Assembly (NCBI GenBank): GCA_965208675.1
Contig: OZ242351.1
Coordinates: 1,824,001-1,888,000 of the forward strand
Reading direction: 5' to 3'
DNA: 64,000 nt
From: Candidatus Poribacteria bacterium
GTDB lineage: Bacteria; Poribacteria; WGA-4E; PCPOR2b
The number at the start of each line of letters is the position of its first letter. The stretch's first letter is position 1. The notes under the pieces were generated by a model that was given only the letters and a program-made list of their open reading frames with translations, was not told the DNA's origin and searched no databases. Positions 48,315-58,330 of this stretch are shown here, one piece after another. The translations under genes were made by a program, and so were the position numbers.

Positions 48315-50771
48315 TCAGACGTTCTCAACGTCGTTTTGACGCTTTCCGGCGGCTTGGATAATACGGTCAACCAACCCGTTCGACGCGCAGAATGCAGAAA
48401 TGTCCTTGCCCTCCATAGCCGCCGGCAACGCCCAAAGCATCAAGTTCTGAACATAGTGCGCGCCAAACAACCGGTCGCCGTTATCGCCGCGTACGAGATT
48501 CGGCAGGTTCCAGGTAGACAGCGTGTTGATGGTAAGATTATGAATACACCGGCGCGCCAGTTCCAGGCCAAAATCCTTATCCCCCTCGTACATGTAAGTC
48601 ATCGCAAGCATGAACAGCTCGGGCGTGAAATAGGCAGTTGGACCATATCCCAAACCCTGGGAAAGACTTCCGTCTGGACGAGAGAAATTCAATGCGCCAT
48701 AGGGGGTCAACGCCGCGCAAGTGTTTTTGATTGTCTCCAGAGTTTCCTTGACTCGGTCGGATCGAAAAACGCCCGGCAACCCGTGGAATCTTGCCATCCA
48801 CTGCCCGTCAAGTTGATACCCAAATACATCATCTGATTTTCGGCCGGTTTTGGGCTCATTGTAGCTCAAGTAATATGTCCCTGCCCACATCTTGTCTTCC
48901 ATCGATTGACTCCCCTGCTCCAGCCAATCCTTACATTGCCGGGCAAACTCCTCATCGCCCACCTGCTCTGCCAGCCGTTGCGACATTCTCAAATTCGCGA
49001 GGTGGATGCCTCCCACGTGCGATGTCATCCCAAACCATAATACCGCTTCAAACCATTCGAGGTGGTGTCCCGGCGGCTGATTAGGTCCGTACGGATCCAA
49101 ATTTCCACTCGGTACACTGATGATACCGTCGGCGCCGTCCTCTGGCCTGAGGTTCATCGTGTAGATTGTATTTTTCTTAATGGATGGGTAGAACTCTGCA
49201 AGGATTTCCCGGTCGCCCGTGCGAAGCAGGTATCGGTCAACTAAATCAACGTAGCAAGGGCCATTGGTGGTCGTCTGATAGCCCGGTGTTGGCATCGCAA
49301 ACTCGGCGCCCATCGTCGGCTCGTAGCCGCCAATAGCAGCGCCCACAACGCCGCCAAATATCCACGGCGCTGCGCCATTCGCAAACTGGTAGGCTTTGTA
49401 GCCGCGCAGCGTTGAAAGGGCGAGATCGGGGAAAAAGAAAACGAGAGGCGCATTGGCGTAAAAGGTGTCCGGGATGGGCTCAACGGCTGGATTCTCGGTG
49501 ATTCCATCAATCAGCCCAAACAGCCCTTCCTCCGGGTGACACCACGGTCCAATCGGTGGGCGCGCCGCTGCCCACAGGCCGTTGATAGCAAATAAGTGAA
49601 GTATGTTTACCAGCGAATCTTGGAGCCAAATCGGGAGGTTCGCCTCCGTATAGATAACCTCCTGCCACGCTAGGACGCGCCGCAAAAGAGAGTCGTGTTC
49701 GCGGCTTAGAAACTGTGCCGCATCAAGGGCACTCTTGTATCGGGTAGTGTACATGTGGGTGAATGTGTGCGGGCCTTCTCCTATCCACATGGGCGCATAC
49801 CATGCAAGCACAAACCGTACGACTTTTCCCTCTCCCGGCGACAGTTGGTAGCCGACGGAAATCGACCCGCTAAAGTCCGTTTCACCGGGTTCGGGAAGTT
49901 CAGAGCCAATTTTCGCCCAAGCTTTACCGCTGCTCATAGACGGGCTCCGAATCGCCAGTCCACCGCCGGTTTCGATTTCCGCCTCTCCAACTACACCGAG
50001 TGCGTAGCCGATTTCTGGAACCTTTTCCGATGTAACAACCAACCCGGTAAATTCTCCGTGTACGGTTTGCCGCTCCGCCTTCACCGGTTCCGGCGCAAGT
50101 GAAATCCACGTATGGCCGTACGGCATCGGCGCTTTTTCACGCGGGCTGTGCGCTTCAATCTGGGCTTCAGCCTGGGTCGGTCCGGGAAAACTGAAAGCCA
50201 ATCGCCCTTCCTGCGCCGTGTCCGTCACATTGCGGAGATGTACTTCAAACACGATTCCGGGAGTGTTGGTGGTGCCAGAGTCTCCGGGGAGAAACGGCGC
50301 CCAGGCGCGCAGTCCAACATTGACAGGCGATCCCGGCATCTCGTATTCCAGGTCCGCTACCGGATAATGGCCCCAATAATGAATTTCGCGCGGCGTCTGG
50401 ATGCCAAACCACATGTAACCGCCGTACGCTTCCCGCGGATCGCTGAGCAACCAAACCTGTTCGCCTACCGTCATACCAAGAAACGGCAGCGCCAGCGGAC
50501 CGCCTTCAGGACAGATGGAGTTGAAAATCGTGCAGTATCCGAAGGTTGCATCAGTGTTCAAATCGAGTCGCCCTGTGTCAATCCCGCCTAAAGGCATTCC
50601 GTTCTCGATTCGCTGTTTGCGTCTGTATATCACACCGCATGCAGGTTCGCTAAATCCGTCCGCCGGGAATTGCGACCATTCAAGCACCGGTGCATCTGTA
50701 GAAAAAAGCCTCCGGTTATTCAAATGTCCGGAATCTCCTTCGTGCAAACCTGTTATTGCAGTCGTGCTCAC
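48315..50771 (-). CDS. Glycoside hydrolase family 116 protein (paralog of 3480..5891)
   Basis: GMPLGGIDTG, YWGHYP, RAWAPFLPGD, FGYQLDGQW. Confidence 0.8.
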   Translation of the reverse strand: MSTTAITGLHEGDSGHLNNRRLFSTDAPVLEWSQFPADGFSEPACGVIYRRKQRIENGMPLGGIDTGRLDLNTDATFGYCTIFNSICPEGGPLALPFLGMTVGEQVWLLSDPREAYGGYMWFGIQTPREIHYWGHYPVADLEYEMPGSPVNVGLRAWAPFLPGDSGTTNTPGIVFEVHLRNVTDTAQEGRLAFSFPGPTQAEAQIEAHSPREKAPMPYGHTWISLAPEPVKAERQTVHGEFTGLVVTSEKVPEIGYALGVVGEAEIETGGGLAIRSPSMSSGKAWAKIGSELPEPGETDFSGSISVGYQLSPGEGKVVRFVLAWYAPMWIGEGPHTFTHMYTTRYKSALDAAQFLSREHDSLLRRVLAWQEVIYTEANLPIWLQDSLVNILHLFAINGLWAAARPPIGPWCHPEEGLFGLIDGITENPAVEPIPDTFYANAPLVFFFPDLALSTLRGYKAYQFANGAAPWIFGGVVGAAIGGYEPTMGAEFAMPTPGYQTTTNGPCYVDLVDRYLLRTGDREILAEFYPSIKKNTIYTMNLRPEDGADGIISVPSGNLDPYGPNQPPGHHLEWFEAVLWFGMTSHVGGIHLANLRMSQRLAEQVGDEEFARQCKDWLEQGSQSMEDKMWAGTYYLSYNEPKTGRKSDDVFGYQLDGQWMARFHGLPGVFRSDRVKETLETIKNTCAALTPYGALNFSRPDGSLSQGLGYGPTAYFTPELFMLAMTYMYEGDKDFGLELARRCIHNLTINTLSTWNLPNLVRGDNGDRLFGAHYVQNLMLWALPAAMEGKDISAFCASNGLVDRIIQAAGKRQNDVENV

Positions 50772-50999
50772 TTAATGCTCTCCTTTTGTTGCATGGAATT
50801 TTCACGAGGATCGAGAAGAATCCAAATGCTTTATTCCGATTTCACTCGGTTTCAAGGATATATTCAGTTCCACTCACATTTACACATGTTTCGGTAGGTA
50901 GGGATTCAAATCGCATCGACCCACAGGATAAATACAGGTTCGGTTAAGAAACCGAATCCGCCGCAGTGTACAAATAAACATTTGTTTTACTACAGCCGC

Positions 51000-52049
51000 C
51001 TAGGCTGGTAATTTTTCTAGTTCTAATTCTATGTCGTATTGCTCACTGTACTCCAGGAGCTTGCTCCAAACGGTCTCCGGTAATTCGATCCCAACGCGCA
51101 ACTGTTCCTGTTCAACCCTCCGTTCCAAGTCTCCGGGGACAAGTACTTCCGAAAACCCGGGCGCTGGCGGCGTGGACCGCATACCCTCAAGAAAAGCGCT
51201 GGCATTCTGCCGATAATCCTCAAGAGGCTGAAAGGCGCTCACATCAATCGCCTGAAAAAGCGTCCCGCCGATGCCGCCTGATTCGCGGTTGAAGGAACCC
51301 GCAAGCGCCCCGAGAAGACATGTCATTAAAGAGATCGCATATCCCTTGATTCCGCCAAAAACTAGAAGTCTTCCGCCTTCAATGTAATCATCAGGCTCAA
51401 CGCTTGGCTGTCCGTGCTTATCCACAATACATCCGGGCGGGAGTTTCATTCCCTTCATTTTGTAGACGTGGACTTTTGAATTCGCAAACACTGTTGTTGC
51501 GAAATCTGATATGAAAGGCTTGCCGTCGGCACTCGGAACGCCAAGCGCCACCGGGTTTGTGCTCAGACGGTTAGCAATCACTCCATGCTCGGTCATTTCG
51601 CCGGGCCCCGGCGCACCCCACCCCTCGGTCACTATGCCGATAAACCCTTCCGACGCAGCTTGTTCAACGTATTCGCCCAATCTACCAATATGATTCATGT
51701 TTACGAAGCTGACCGCTCCTATCCCGGTAGAACGTGCCTTCTGCATGGCGAGATTCATACTCCATTGTGCGGAATAGTGCCCCCAGCCTTTGCGTGCATC
51801 CACAAATGCCGTACTCGGGGTTTGCTGGAGAATCTGCGGTACATTGCTAGGAAATAAACCCTCGTGCTCTATGGAATGCATGTAATGCCTAATTAGGAAC
51901 ACACCGTGAGAAGTATGGCCTTTGAGGTCGGCGTTCACAAGAATTCTTGACACCGATTCCGCTATGTTGGGAGGGGTTCCAACAGTCTCACAAAGCTGGG
52001 CGATGAAGGTCTTAAGCTTATTGGCTTGTATCCGGCGACTGGTTTGCAT
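51000..52049 (-). CDS. Ldh_2 family (malate/L-lactate/sulfolactate-type) oxidoreductase
   Basis: ADLKGHTSHG, HIGRLG, STNP, GGIKGY, VLVPG. Confidence 0.88.
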   Translation of the reverse strand: MQTSRRIQANKLKTFIAQLCETVGTPPNIAESVSRILVNADLKGHTSHGVFLIRHYMHSIEHEGLFPSNVPQILQQTPSTAFVDARKGWGHYSAQWSMNLAMQKARSTGIGAVSFVNMNHIGRLGEYVEQAASEGFIGIVTEGWGAPGPGEMTEHGVIANRLSTNPVALGVPSADGKPFISDFATTVFANSKVHVYKMKGMKLPPGCIVDKHGQPSVEPDDYIEGGRLLVFGGIKGYAISLMTCLLGALAGSFNRESGGIGGTLFQAIDVSAFQPLEDYRQNASAFLEGMRSTPPAPGFSEVLVPGDLERRVEQEQLRVGIELPETVWSKLLEYSEQYDIELELEKLPA

Positions 52050-52143
52050 GCCTCTCCTCCAGAGTATTTACCATCCACGGCTGAGGTGTAGCATTAATAT
52101 TTTAAACCCAGAGATAGCTGAAGATGAATCAATAATCATGTAC

Positions 52144-53418
52144 TTACCCGTTGATTTGCATTAGGACAGATTCAAGCCGGTCGACTTGTTCTTTCCGCAG
52201 CCGGTTATACACCCGCTCAGAGATTTCGCGCGCTTCGTACAACGCATCCAACCGCGTAATTATCTCAAGCCGGGCAACGCGCGTGCGCTCAAGGTCGGCA
52301 GCGTCTAACTTTCCCAGCCAACTTGCATCGGGTAATCCTTGAGGTTTCTGAGTATCGTCAGCAGCATTCAGTGTAGGACGCCGCATTTTGAAGATTGCCG
52401 CTACCAAAAAACCACCTGCAAGGGCGGCTGAGATTGCAATCAGCGCAATCAACGTTGGATTTGACGGATTCCGGTTCATCGCCTTGAAGCGCAAATCTGC
52501 TATTTGCCCGGTTGTTAATGGCTTTGCGGGATCCGTCGCATAAATAGTGTAAATCTGCTCGTGAACTTGCTCCCTGCGCCCCGCACCCAAAATTCTCGAT
52601 TGTGATGCCAGCGGGGTTCCTTCCGCAACAAAAACGTAGACCTCATCCGTATCAAATGTCAATTTCCGAGATAGGTCTAACCCCGAGTCGATGTGTGCGA
52701 CATAAGAAAATCCAACCTGTGAATTCCCCGGCTCCAATGGCTGATTAGCAACCAACCGAGTCGTCTGGGCAGTCGTATCCTGCTTGAAACTCGAATCTAT
52801 CCGTAGTGCTTCGTACCCCTTCGGCAGATTAAAATACAGACCCGTCGGTTGATTGTCAAGATCGAATCGGAACGCTGCCTTGCTCGTGTTTTCGACGCCA
52901 ATAATCTCCATCACCGAAACGGCTTGATGTTGAGCATGATCTGCCGGAGGCGGGGTAATGACAATTGTATGCTGCCGAATCTTCACCATCGAAGGGTCGT
53001 CGGTAAAACCTCCAATGTCAATATTTACCTTGACTTTAGGCACCCACTCCGACAGAACAATGTCTTTCTCGACATATTCCTCCCCGTCGTACGTGGTCGA
53101 AACCACGTAGTGTACGTCGAAAGCAGTCGAAAGATTATCAAAGGCAAAAGCCCCGCTGTTGTCTGTTGTCGTGTCGCGCTGCTGGACATCCTTGCTGTCC
53201 TGGTGAATTCGTAAAATTACTAACTGTTGAGACAGTGGTTTATCTTTCCCCCTATCTATGACACGCCCTTCGATTTTGCCTGCGTCGTTTTGTCCAACCG
53301 CGGGAGACAGAACCATTGAAACCGCGAATAATAAAAACAAAACCTTGGAAATGAATCGCAAAAAGCGCACGTTGCGCGCTATACCAATTACACGTTTGTC
53401 GTGCATATTTTTTATCAA
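52144..53418 (-). CDS. Ccm-cluster exported protein (prealbumin/carboxypeptidase-regulatory-like fold, C-terminal TM and helical tail)
   Basis: Signal peptide, GKIEGRV..TTDNSGAFAF, TM LIALIAISAALAGGFLVAAIF; last gene of the ccm run. Confidence 0.65.
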   Translation of the reverse strand: MIKNMHDKRVIGIARNVRFLRFISKVLFLLFAVSMVLSPAVGQNDAGKIEGRVIDRGKDKPLSQQLVILRIHQDSKDVQQRDTTTDNSGAFAFDNLSTAFDVHYVVSTTYDGEEYVEKDIVLSEWVPKVKVNIDIGGFTDDPSMVKIRQHTIVITPPPADHAQHQAVSVMEIIGVENTSKAAFRFDLDNQPTGLYFNLPKGYEALRIDSSFKQDTTAQTTRLVANQPLEPGNSQVGFSYVAHIDSGLDLSRKLTFDTDEVYVFVAEGTPLASQSRILGAGRREQVHEQIYTIYATDPAKPLTTGQIADLRFKAMNRNPSNPTLIALIAISAALAGGFLVAAIFKMRRPTLNAADDTQKPQGLPDASWLGKLDAADLERTRVARLEIITRLDALYEAREISERVYNRLRKEQVDRLESVLMQING

Positions 53419-53753
53419 CCCCGTGATTGCTTCTCTTGTTTGTATCTCTCGATTTCTTCTTCCACCGACACCGTGTTAGTCGTATCAATCTGTGTCATAA
53501 CCGCTGCTGTTTCTTGAAGCAGTTGCGCTCGTAGGGTTTGATAATCCGCCTGCGATAACTTGCCCGTTTCGTAATCTTCCTCAAGGTCTAAAAGCGCTGA
53601 ATAGCCGCGCTCACGCTCAAGGACAAGCGTTTGCATACGTGCCTCCGCAGGTTCAATTTCTGGCGAAATGCGGGGTTGGGACCAAAGCGGGAGACCCAGA
53701 TAGACCAAAAGGGGAATTCCAAGCAACAAAATCCATAAAAACACAAAAAACAT
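53415..53753 (-). CDS. CcmI-like cytochrome c biogenesis protein (N-terminal part)
   Basis: TM + YSALLDLEEDYETGKLSQADYQTLR pattern; GGGAG RBS. Confidence 0.6.
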   Translation of the reverse strand: MFFVFLWILLLGIPLLVYLGLPLWSQPRISPEIEPAEARMQTLVLERERGYSALLDLEEDYETGKLSQADYQTLRAQLLQETAAVMTQIDTTNTVSVEEEIERYKQEKQSRG

Positions 53754-53781
53754 GATTACTCCCGGCATATAATGCCCGACG

Positions 53782-54288
53782 CTACCTTTGTTGTTTGTAT
53801 CGTTCCAATTCTTCCTCAATTTCAGCGTATCGACTTGCTGAATTGGACATCTGCTGCTCGGTCGAAGCGGTCGAATCCGCTAATGTCGTGCTGCGCTTCG
53901 ATCTAAGCACCAAAAAGATAATCACACCGAGCAAAACAATGATAACCGCCGGCATCGCATATGCGACGATATTAAATCCCTTGGCAGGCATCAGAGCCGA
54001 GAACTGCGTTCCGTACATTTCAAGATAGTCAGTCCGAATCTGTTGAACCGTACCGCCGGCGGCGAGGTGACTGCGAAAATCTGTTTCAATCTGTTGAGCA
54101 GTGCCGCAGACGCAATTCCTTATCGTCTCTCGCACGCAGCCGCAGTGACAGTACACGCTTGTCATCAATTCTTCTAGGTTTGATTCGAGCGATGGTTCGC
54201 TTGCGGACAACTGTTCTTGAGCAGCCGCTGCTGAAATTAAGCAGCCAAACGACATTAAAATCAAGAGAACGGTGCTGCGGATTTTCAT
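53782..54288 (-). CDS. ccmH: Cytochrome c biogenesis protein CcmH/NrfF-like
   Basis: Signal peptide, YCHCGC...C.C, YG...P..GFN..AY..P TM; follows ccmF. Confidence 0.75.
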   Translation of the reverse strand: MKIRSTVLLILMSFGCLISAAAAQEQLSASEPSLESNLEELMTSVYCHCGCVRETIRNCVCGTAQQIETDFRSHLAAGGTVQQIRTDYLEMYGTQFSALMPAKGFNIVAYAMPAVIIVLLGVIIFLVLRSKRSTTLADSTASTEQQMSNSASRYAEIEEELERYKQQR

Positions 54289-54289
54289 T

Positions 54290-56305
54290 TTACACATTGC
54301 CTTTTGCGTGCTTCTCGCACATTGCGACTAAACCGCCAATCATCATGACGGCAACACCAAGCCAGACTACATTGACAAGCGGATTATGGTAAACTTGGAC
54401 AGAAACGATGCCTCCCGACTCCAAATGGGCAGGAACGTTTTCAGGAAGGGGCCCTAACGCAATATAAAGGTCGTTCAATCCGAAATGACGAATCGAAGAT
54501 TCGATCGTATCTTGGTCGCCCTGCTCGGCTTTGTGATAAAATCCGCGTGCCGGCCGCATCGTTCCCATCGGCTTACCGTCTTTTTCAACCGCGAATACTA
54601 CGCCGCCGAGCGAGAAATTCGGGTGCTCCTCCTGAAACGCACTTTCCACCGTGAGATTGAATTTCCCTATCTCCATTGATTCCCCACGTTGCAGCCCCTT
54701 CGATTCCAACAAATAATAACCCTTAGACCCCAGAATTCCAATGTATACAATCACGATTCCGATATGGACAATGTATCCACCGTACCGGCGTTTGTTACGT
54801 TTAACCAGTCGGATTAGCCCATCAACGAAACCGGTTTCTTGACGTTTGGCACGCAATTTAGCGCCGCGGTAGAATTCGTCAGAGATAGCCGCGAGGACAA
54901 ATACACCGGCAAAAACGCATAGCACAGAGTAGACTGCTGAAGTGTGCCCTTTCAAAGCCAGATACACCAATGAAAGCACGGCTCCGACTATACCGAATAC
55001 AATCGGTTTCGCAAACATCCGCCTGAAGTTGCTTGGCGTCAACTTTTTCCAGGAAGTGATAGGGCCAATCCCCGTCAACAACAAAAGTAGCAGTCCGGGA
55101 ATGATGACTACCTGATTGAAGAACGACTCGGGCACGGCAACTTTCTCACCGGTAACGCCTTCTGTGATAATTGGCCACAGCGTTCCCCAGAGTATTATCA
55201 GTGTCAATCCCACAAGCATCCAATTATTGAGAAGGAATGCGCTTTCACGGGAAAGCAGGGATTCGAGTCGATTGGGGCTTTTCAGGTCGTTCCAACGGTA
55301 CGCAAGAAGCGCAATCACACCTAGAGTGGAAAGACCAATGAATATCAGAAAATAGTGTCCGATGTCGGACTGTGCAAACGCATGCACAGAAGAGACGATT
55401 CCGCTGCGGGTGATGAACGTTCCCAACAGTGTAAACTCAAACGCCAGCGTAATCAAGATGATATTCCAGAGTTTGAGCATATTCCGCTTTTCTTGAATCA
55501 TCACCGAATGCAGATAGGCGGTCCCAAGCAGCCACGGCATGAACGAGGCATTTTCGACCGGATCCCACGCCCAATAGCCGCCCCACCCGAGTTCGCGATA
55601 CGCCCAATTCCCGCCGAGCGTAATGCCGAGCGTCAACACAAGCCAGGATGCCATCATCCACCGCCGAGATCTGACTATCCACTCGCTGCCTGTCTTGCCT
55701 GCGGCTAGTGCGCCAATCGCAAAGGAGAAGGGTACGGTCAGGCTGACGAAGCCGACGTATAGGGATGGCGGATGAAATACCATACTCGGCGTTTGCAGGA
55801 GCGGATTCATCCCATTGCCGTCCGGGGCGATTCCATCGTTTGGAAAACGCTCTAGTGGATTATAGACGCCCTCAATTAAGCCTGTTACGAGAATGATAAA
55901 AAAGAGCTGCACTATTGAAATAGGGATGAGGGCATAGTCCGCCAAATGATCTGTCGCACGTTGGCTTGTCCATATAACCAAGGCACCAAAAAGCGTCACC
56001 AGCCAAAGCCAAAACAGGAGAGAGCCGGACATCCGTCCCCACAACGCAGTGACCTTGTACATCAGGGGTTGGTCGTAGCTGGAGACCTCGACGACATATC
56101 TCATCGAAAAATCGTCCGTAACAAAACCGTAGATTAGCGCACCAGTCGCAAGCGTTATTAAAGCGAACGTGCCAACGACGCCGTTGCGTCCGCTGACGAC
56201 CGCATTGTAGCTTTTGCGGCGCAGTCCCATCCACAGCATCACCATCGCCCACAGACACGAAAAAACTGAAAGCCATATTGCTGCTTGTCCCAATTCTGCC
56301 ATCAT
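54290..56305 (-). CDS. ccmF: Heme lyase CcmF/NrfE
   Basis: WAYRELGWGGYWAWDPVENASFMPW, HPP, GTFITRSG..SVHAF. Confidence 0.96.
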   Translation of the reverse strand: MMAELGQAAIWLSVFSCLWAMVMLWMGLRRKSYNAVVSGRNGVVGTFALITLATGALIYGFVTDDFSMRYVVEVSSYDQPLMYKVTALWGRMSGSLLFWLWLVTLFGALVIWTSQRATDHLADYALIPISIVQLFFIILVTGLIEGVYNPLERFPNDGIAPDGNGMNPLLQTPSMVFHPPSLYVGFVSLTVPFSFAIGALAAGKTGSEWIVRSRRWMMASWLVLTLGITLGGNWAYRELGWGGYWAWDPVENASFMPWLLGTAYLHSVMIQEKRNMLKLWNIILITLAFEFTLLGTFITRSGIVSSVHAFAQSDIGHYFLIFIGLSTLGVIALLAYRWNDLKSPNRLESLLSRESAFLLNNWMLVGLTLIILWGTLWPIITEGVTGEKVAVPESFFNQVVIIPGLLLLLLTGIGPITSWKKLTPSNFRRMFAKPIVFGIVGAVLSLVYLALKGHTSAVYSVLCVFAGVFVLAAISDEFYRGAKLRAKRQETGFVDGLIRLVKRNKRRYGGYIVHIGIVIVYIGILGSKGYYLLESKGLQRGESMEIGKFNLTVESAFQEEHPNFSLGGVVFAVEKDGKPMGTMRPARGFYHKAEQGDQDTIESSIRHFGLNDLYIALGPLPENVPAHLESGGIVSVQVYHNPLVNVVWLGVAVMMIGGLVAMCEKHAKGNV

Positions 56306-56325
56306 AAGACTATTCCTGAGTATGC

Positions 56326-56772
56326 CTAATATTCGCCTTCACTTGCCTTGCTAGCTTGCGCAGTAACTCCTTCAACTGCTTCGTATTTCGACGCACACTT
56401 CGTTTGGAGTTTGGTGGCAATGATAAGATTTTCCGCCGCCTTATACTCCCCCTGAACAAAAACGTTCCCACCATCTTTGAAATTATCCGGTTTGATTCTA
56501 TTAGCATACAGGACATTTACTTCCGCTTTGCTTTCACGATCCCGCACGGCAAAGGTAAGCTGAAACTTCGTTGGATCCCATTCGGTTGTGCCCTCAGAAA
56601 TCAGCCCGTCGACTTGGATGCCCTTATTGTCAACTTCTTGTGCGTGCGCTACGAGCCCATCGGGTGTGAAGTGCCGCATGCTGGTGTTCTTTACGCCGGC
56701 AACAACCAAGAACACCAGCGCACAAGCGATGATCGCGCTCGCACAAATTACCTTAATTCTTCTTCTATTCAC
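56326..56772 (-). CDS. ccmE: Heme chaperone CcmE (CxxxY type)
   Basis: N-terminal TM, PDNFK, TKCASKY. Confidence 0.9.
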   Translation of the reverse strand: MNRRRIKVICASAIIACALVFLVVAGVKNTSMRHFTPDGLVAHAQEVDNKGIQVDGLISEGTTEWDPTKFQLTFAVRDRESKAEVNVLYANRIKPDNFKDGGNVFVQGEYKAAENLIIATKLQTKCASKYEAVEGVTAQASKASEGEY

Positions 56773-58310
56773 GATTTGCTCTCCTTTCCCGCGTAAAATA
56801 TGGCTATCTCTTCTGCTAAATTCTCAATAGTCGTTTCGTTTGCAACTACATCCACCGTTAACCCGCTTCGTTGGACCGCTGATGCTGTTGATGGACCGAT
56901 TACCGCGGTGTGGACATTTGCAAGTAACGCCGCCGGCGAATGCTGATTAAACATATCCAGAAAGTTTGTAATAGCCGATGCGCTTGTAAACGTCACCATG
57001 TCAATCCTCCCGTTGAGCAGGTCAGCTTCGATTTCCCCACTTCGTTCCATGCCGGCTTTAACGGTATCGTAGATTGGAATAACATCAACAATCGCCCCCC
57101 GCTCGCGCAATCCGTCCGGAAGCTCATGAGAGGCGATTCTTGCACGAGGCACCAAGATTTTTTGTGCTGTGACCGGCTCCAACTCAGCAGCAATTGCCGC
57201 GCTATGAGATCGAGATGGCACAAAATCTGTACAAATCCCAATCCTGTCCAACGCTTCGACCGTTTTCTGACCAACTGCACAAATTCGTGCGTCTCCAAAC
57301 GACCGGGAATCGCCTCCCGATTTTCGTAAATTGCAGTAGAAAATCTCAACCGCGTTGACGCTCGTGAAGATTATCCAGTTGTATCCGGCGAGTCCACCGA
57401 TTGCCGCATCAAATGCCGCATTGTTGTTGATTGGCTGAATCTCGATTGTGGGAAACTGAACTGTTTGTGCGCCGTAGGATTCCAATTTTTCTGCCAATTC
57501 GCTGATTTGCGCACGCGCGCGAGTCACAACAATCGTTCGCCCAAAAAGTGGTTTTCGATCATACCAACGCAGATCATTGCGGAGCGTGTTCACCTCACCC
57601 ACAACAATCGCCGCCGGCGAGCGGAAACCAACCGATTCCGCCTTTAGTGCAATATTCGCTAGTGTTCCCTCAAGGGTTTCTTGCTGCGGCGTTGTGCCCC
57701 AATGAATCAAGGCGATAGGGGTTTCCGGATTACGGCCGTAATTGATGAGTCGTTCTGTTATTTGGCGTAAATGTCCGATGCCCATGAGGACAACAAGCGT
57801 ATCGACCGCCGTTGAAAGCTGTTCCCAACGAACGGGCGAATCTGACCCCAATGCAGCTGAATGTCCTGTCACGATGGCAACCGAAGATGCATATTCTCGG
57901 TGTGTCACCGGGATGCCAGCGTACGCCGGCGCAGCGATAGCCGAGCTAATACCGGGCACAATTTCAAATTCAATCCCCGCATCTGCGAGTATTAAGGCTT
58001 CCTCCCCACCCCGTCCAAAGACAAACGGATCGCCGCCTTTTAGCCGCACGACCGTCTTTCCTGCCATCGCGTGCTGAACCATCAGGCTATTAATATCAGA
58101 CTGTTGCCTCGCCTGCTCGCCCGCCATTTTTCCGCCATAAATCTTCTTGGCGAGAGGCGAAGCGTGCTCAAGTAATTTGACGTTGACGAGGAGGTCATAG
58201 ATTACGACATCTGCCCGTTGGAGGCATTCAACCCCTTTGAGCGTGATTAGTCTCGGATCGCCCGGCCCCGCTCCAACGAGGTAGACTTTCCCACATTTAG
58301 CGGACATCAT
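56769..58310 (-). CDS. cobA: Uroporphyrinogen-III C-methyltransferase/uroporphyrinogen-III synthase fusion (CobA-HemD)
   Basis: VGAGPGDP, RLKGGDPFVFGRGGEE; PLFGRTIVVTRA, FTSVNAV, FTSAS. Confidence 0.93.
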   Translation of the reverse strand: MMSAKCGKVYLVGAGPGDPRLITLKGVECLQRADVVIYDLLVNVKLLEHASPLAKKIYGGKMAGEQARQQSDINSLMVQHAMAGKTVVRLKGGDPFVFGRGGEEALILADAGIEFEIVPGISSAIAAPAYAGIPVTHREYASSVAIVTGHSAALGSDSPVRWEQLSTAVDTLVVLMGIGHLRQITERLINYGRNPETPIALIHWGTTPQQETLEGTLANIALKAESVGFRSPAAIVVGEVNTLRNDLRWYDRKPLFGRTIVVTRARAQISELAEKLESYGAQTVQFPTIEIQPINNNAAFDAAIGGLAGYNWIIFTSVNAVEIFYCNLRKSGGDSRSFGDARICAVGQKTVEALDRIGICTDFVPSRSHSAAIAAELEPVTAQKILVPRARIASHELPDGLRERGAIVDVIPIYDTVKAGMERSGEIEADLLNGRIDMVTFTSASAITNFLDMFNQHSPAALLANVHTAVIGPSTASAVQRSGLTVDVVANETTIENLAEEIAIFYAGKESKS

Positions 58311-58330
58311 GCATGTGTTACTTTCACCTT

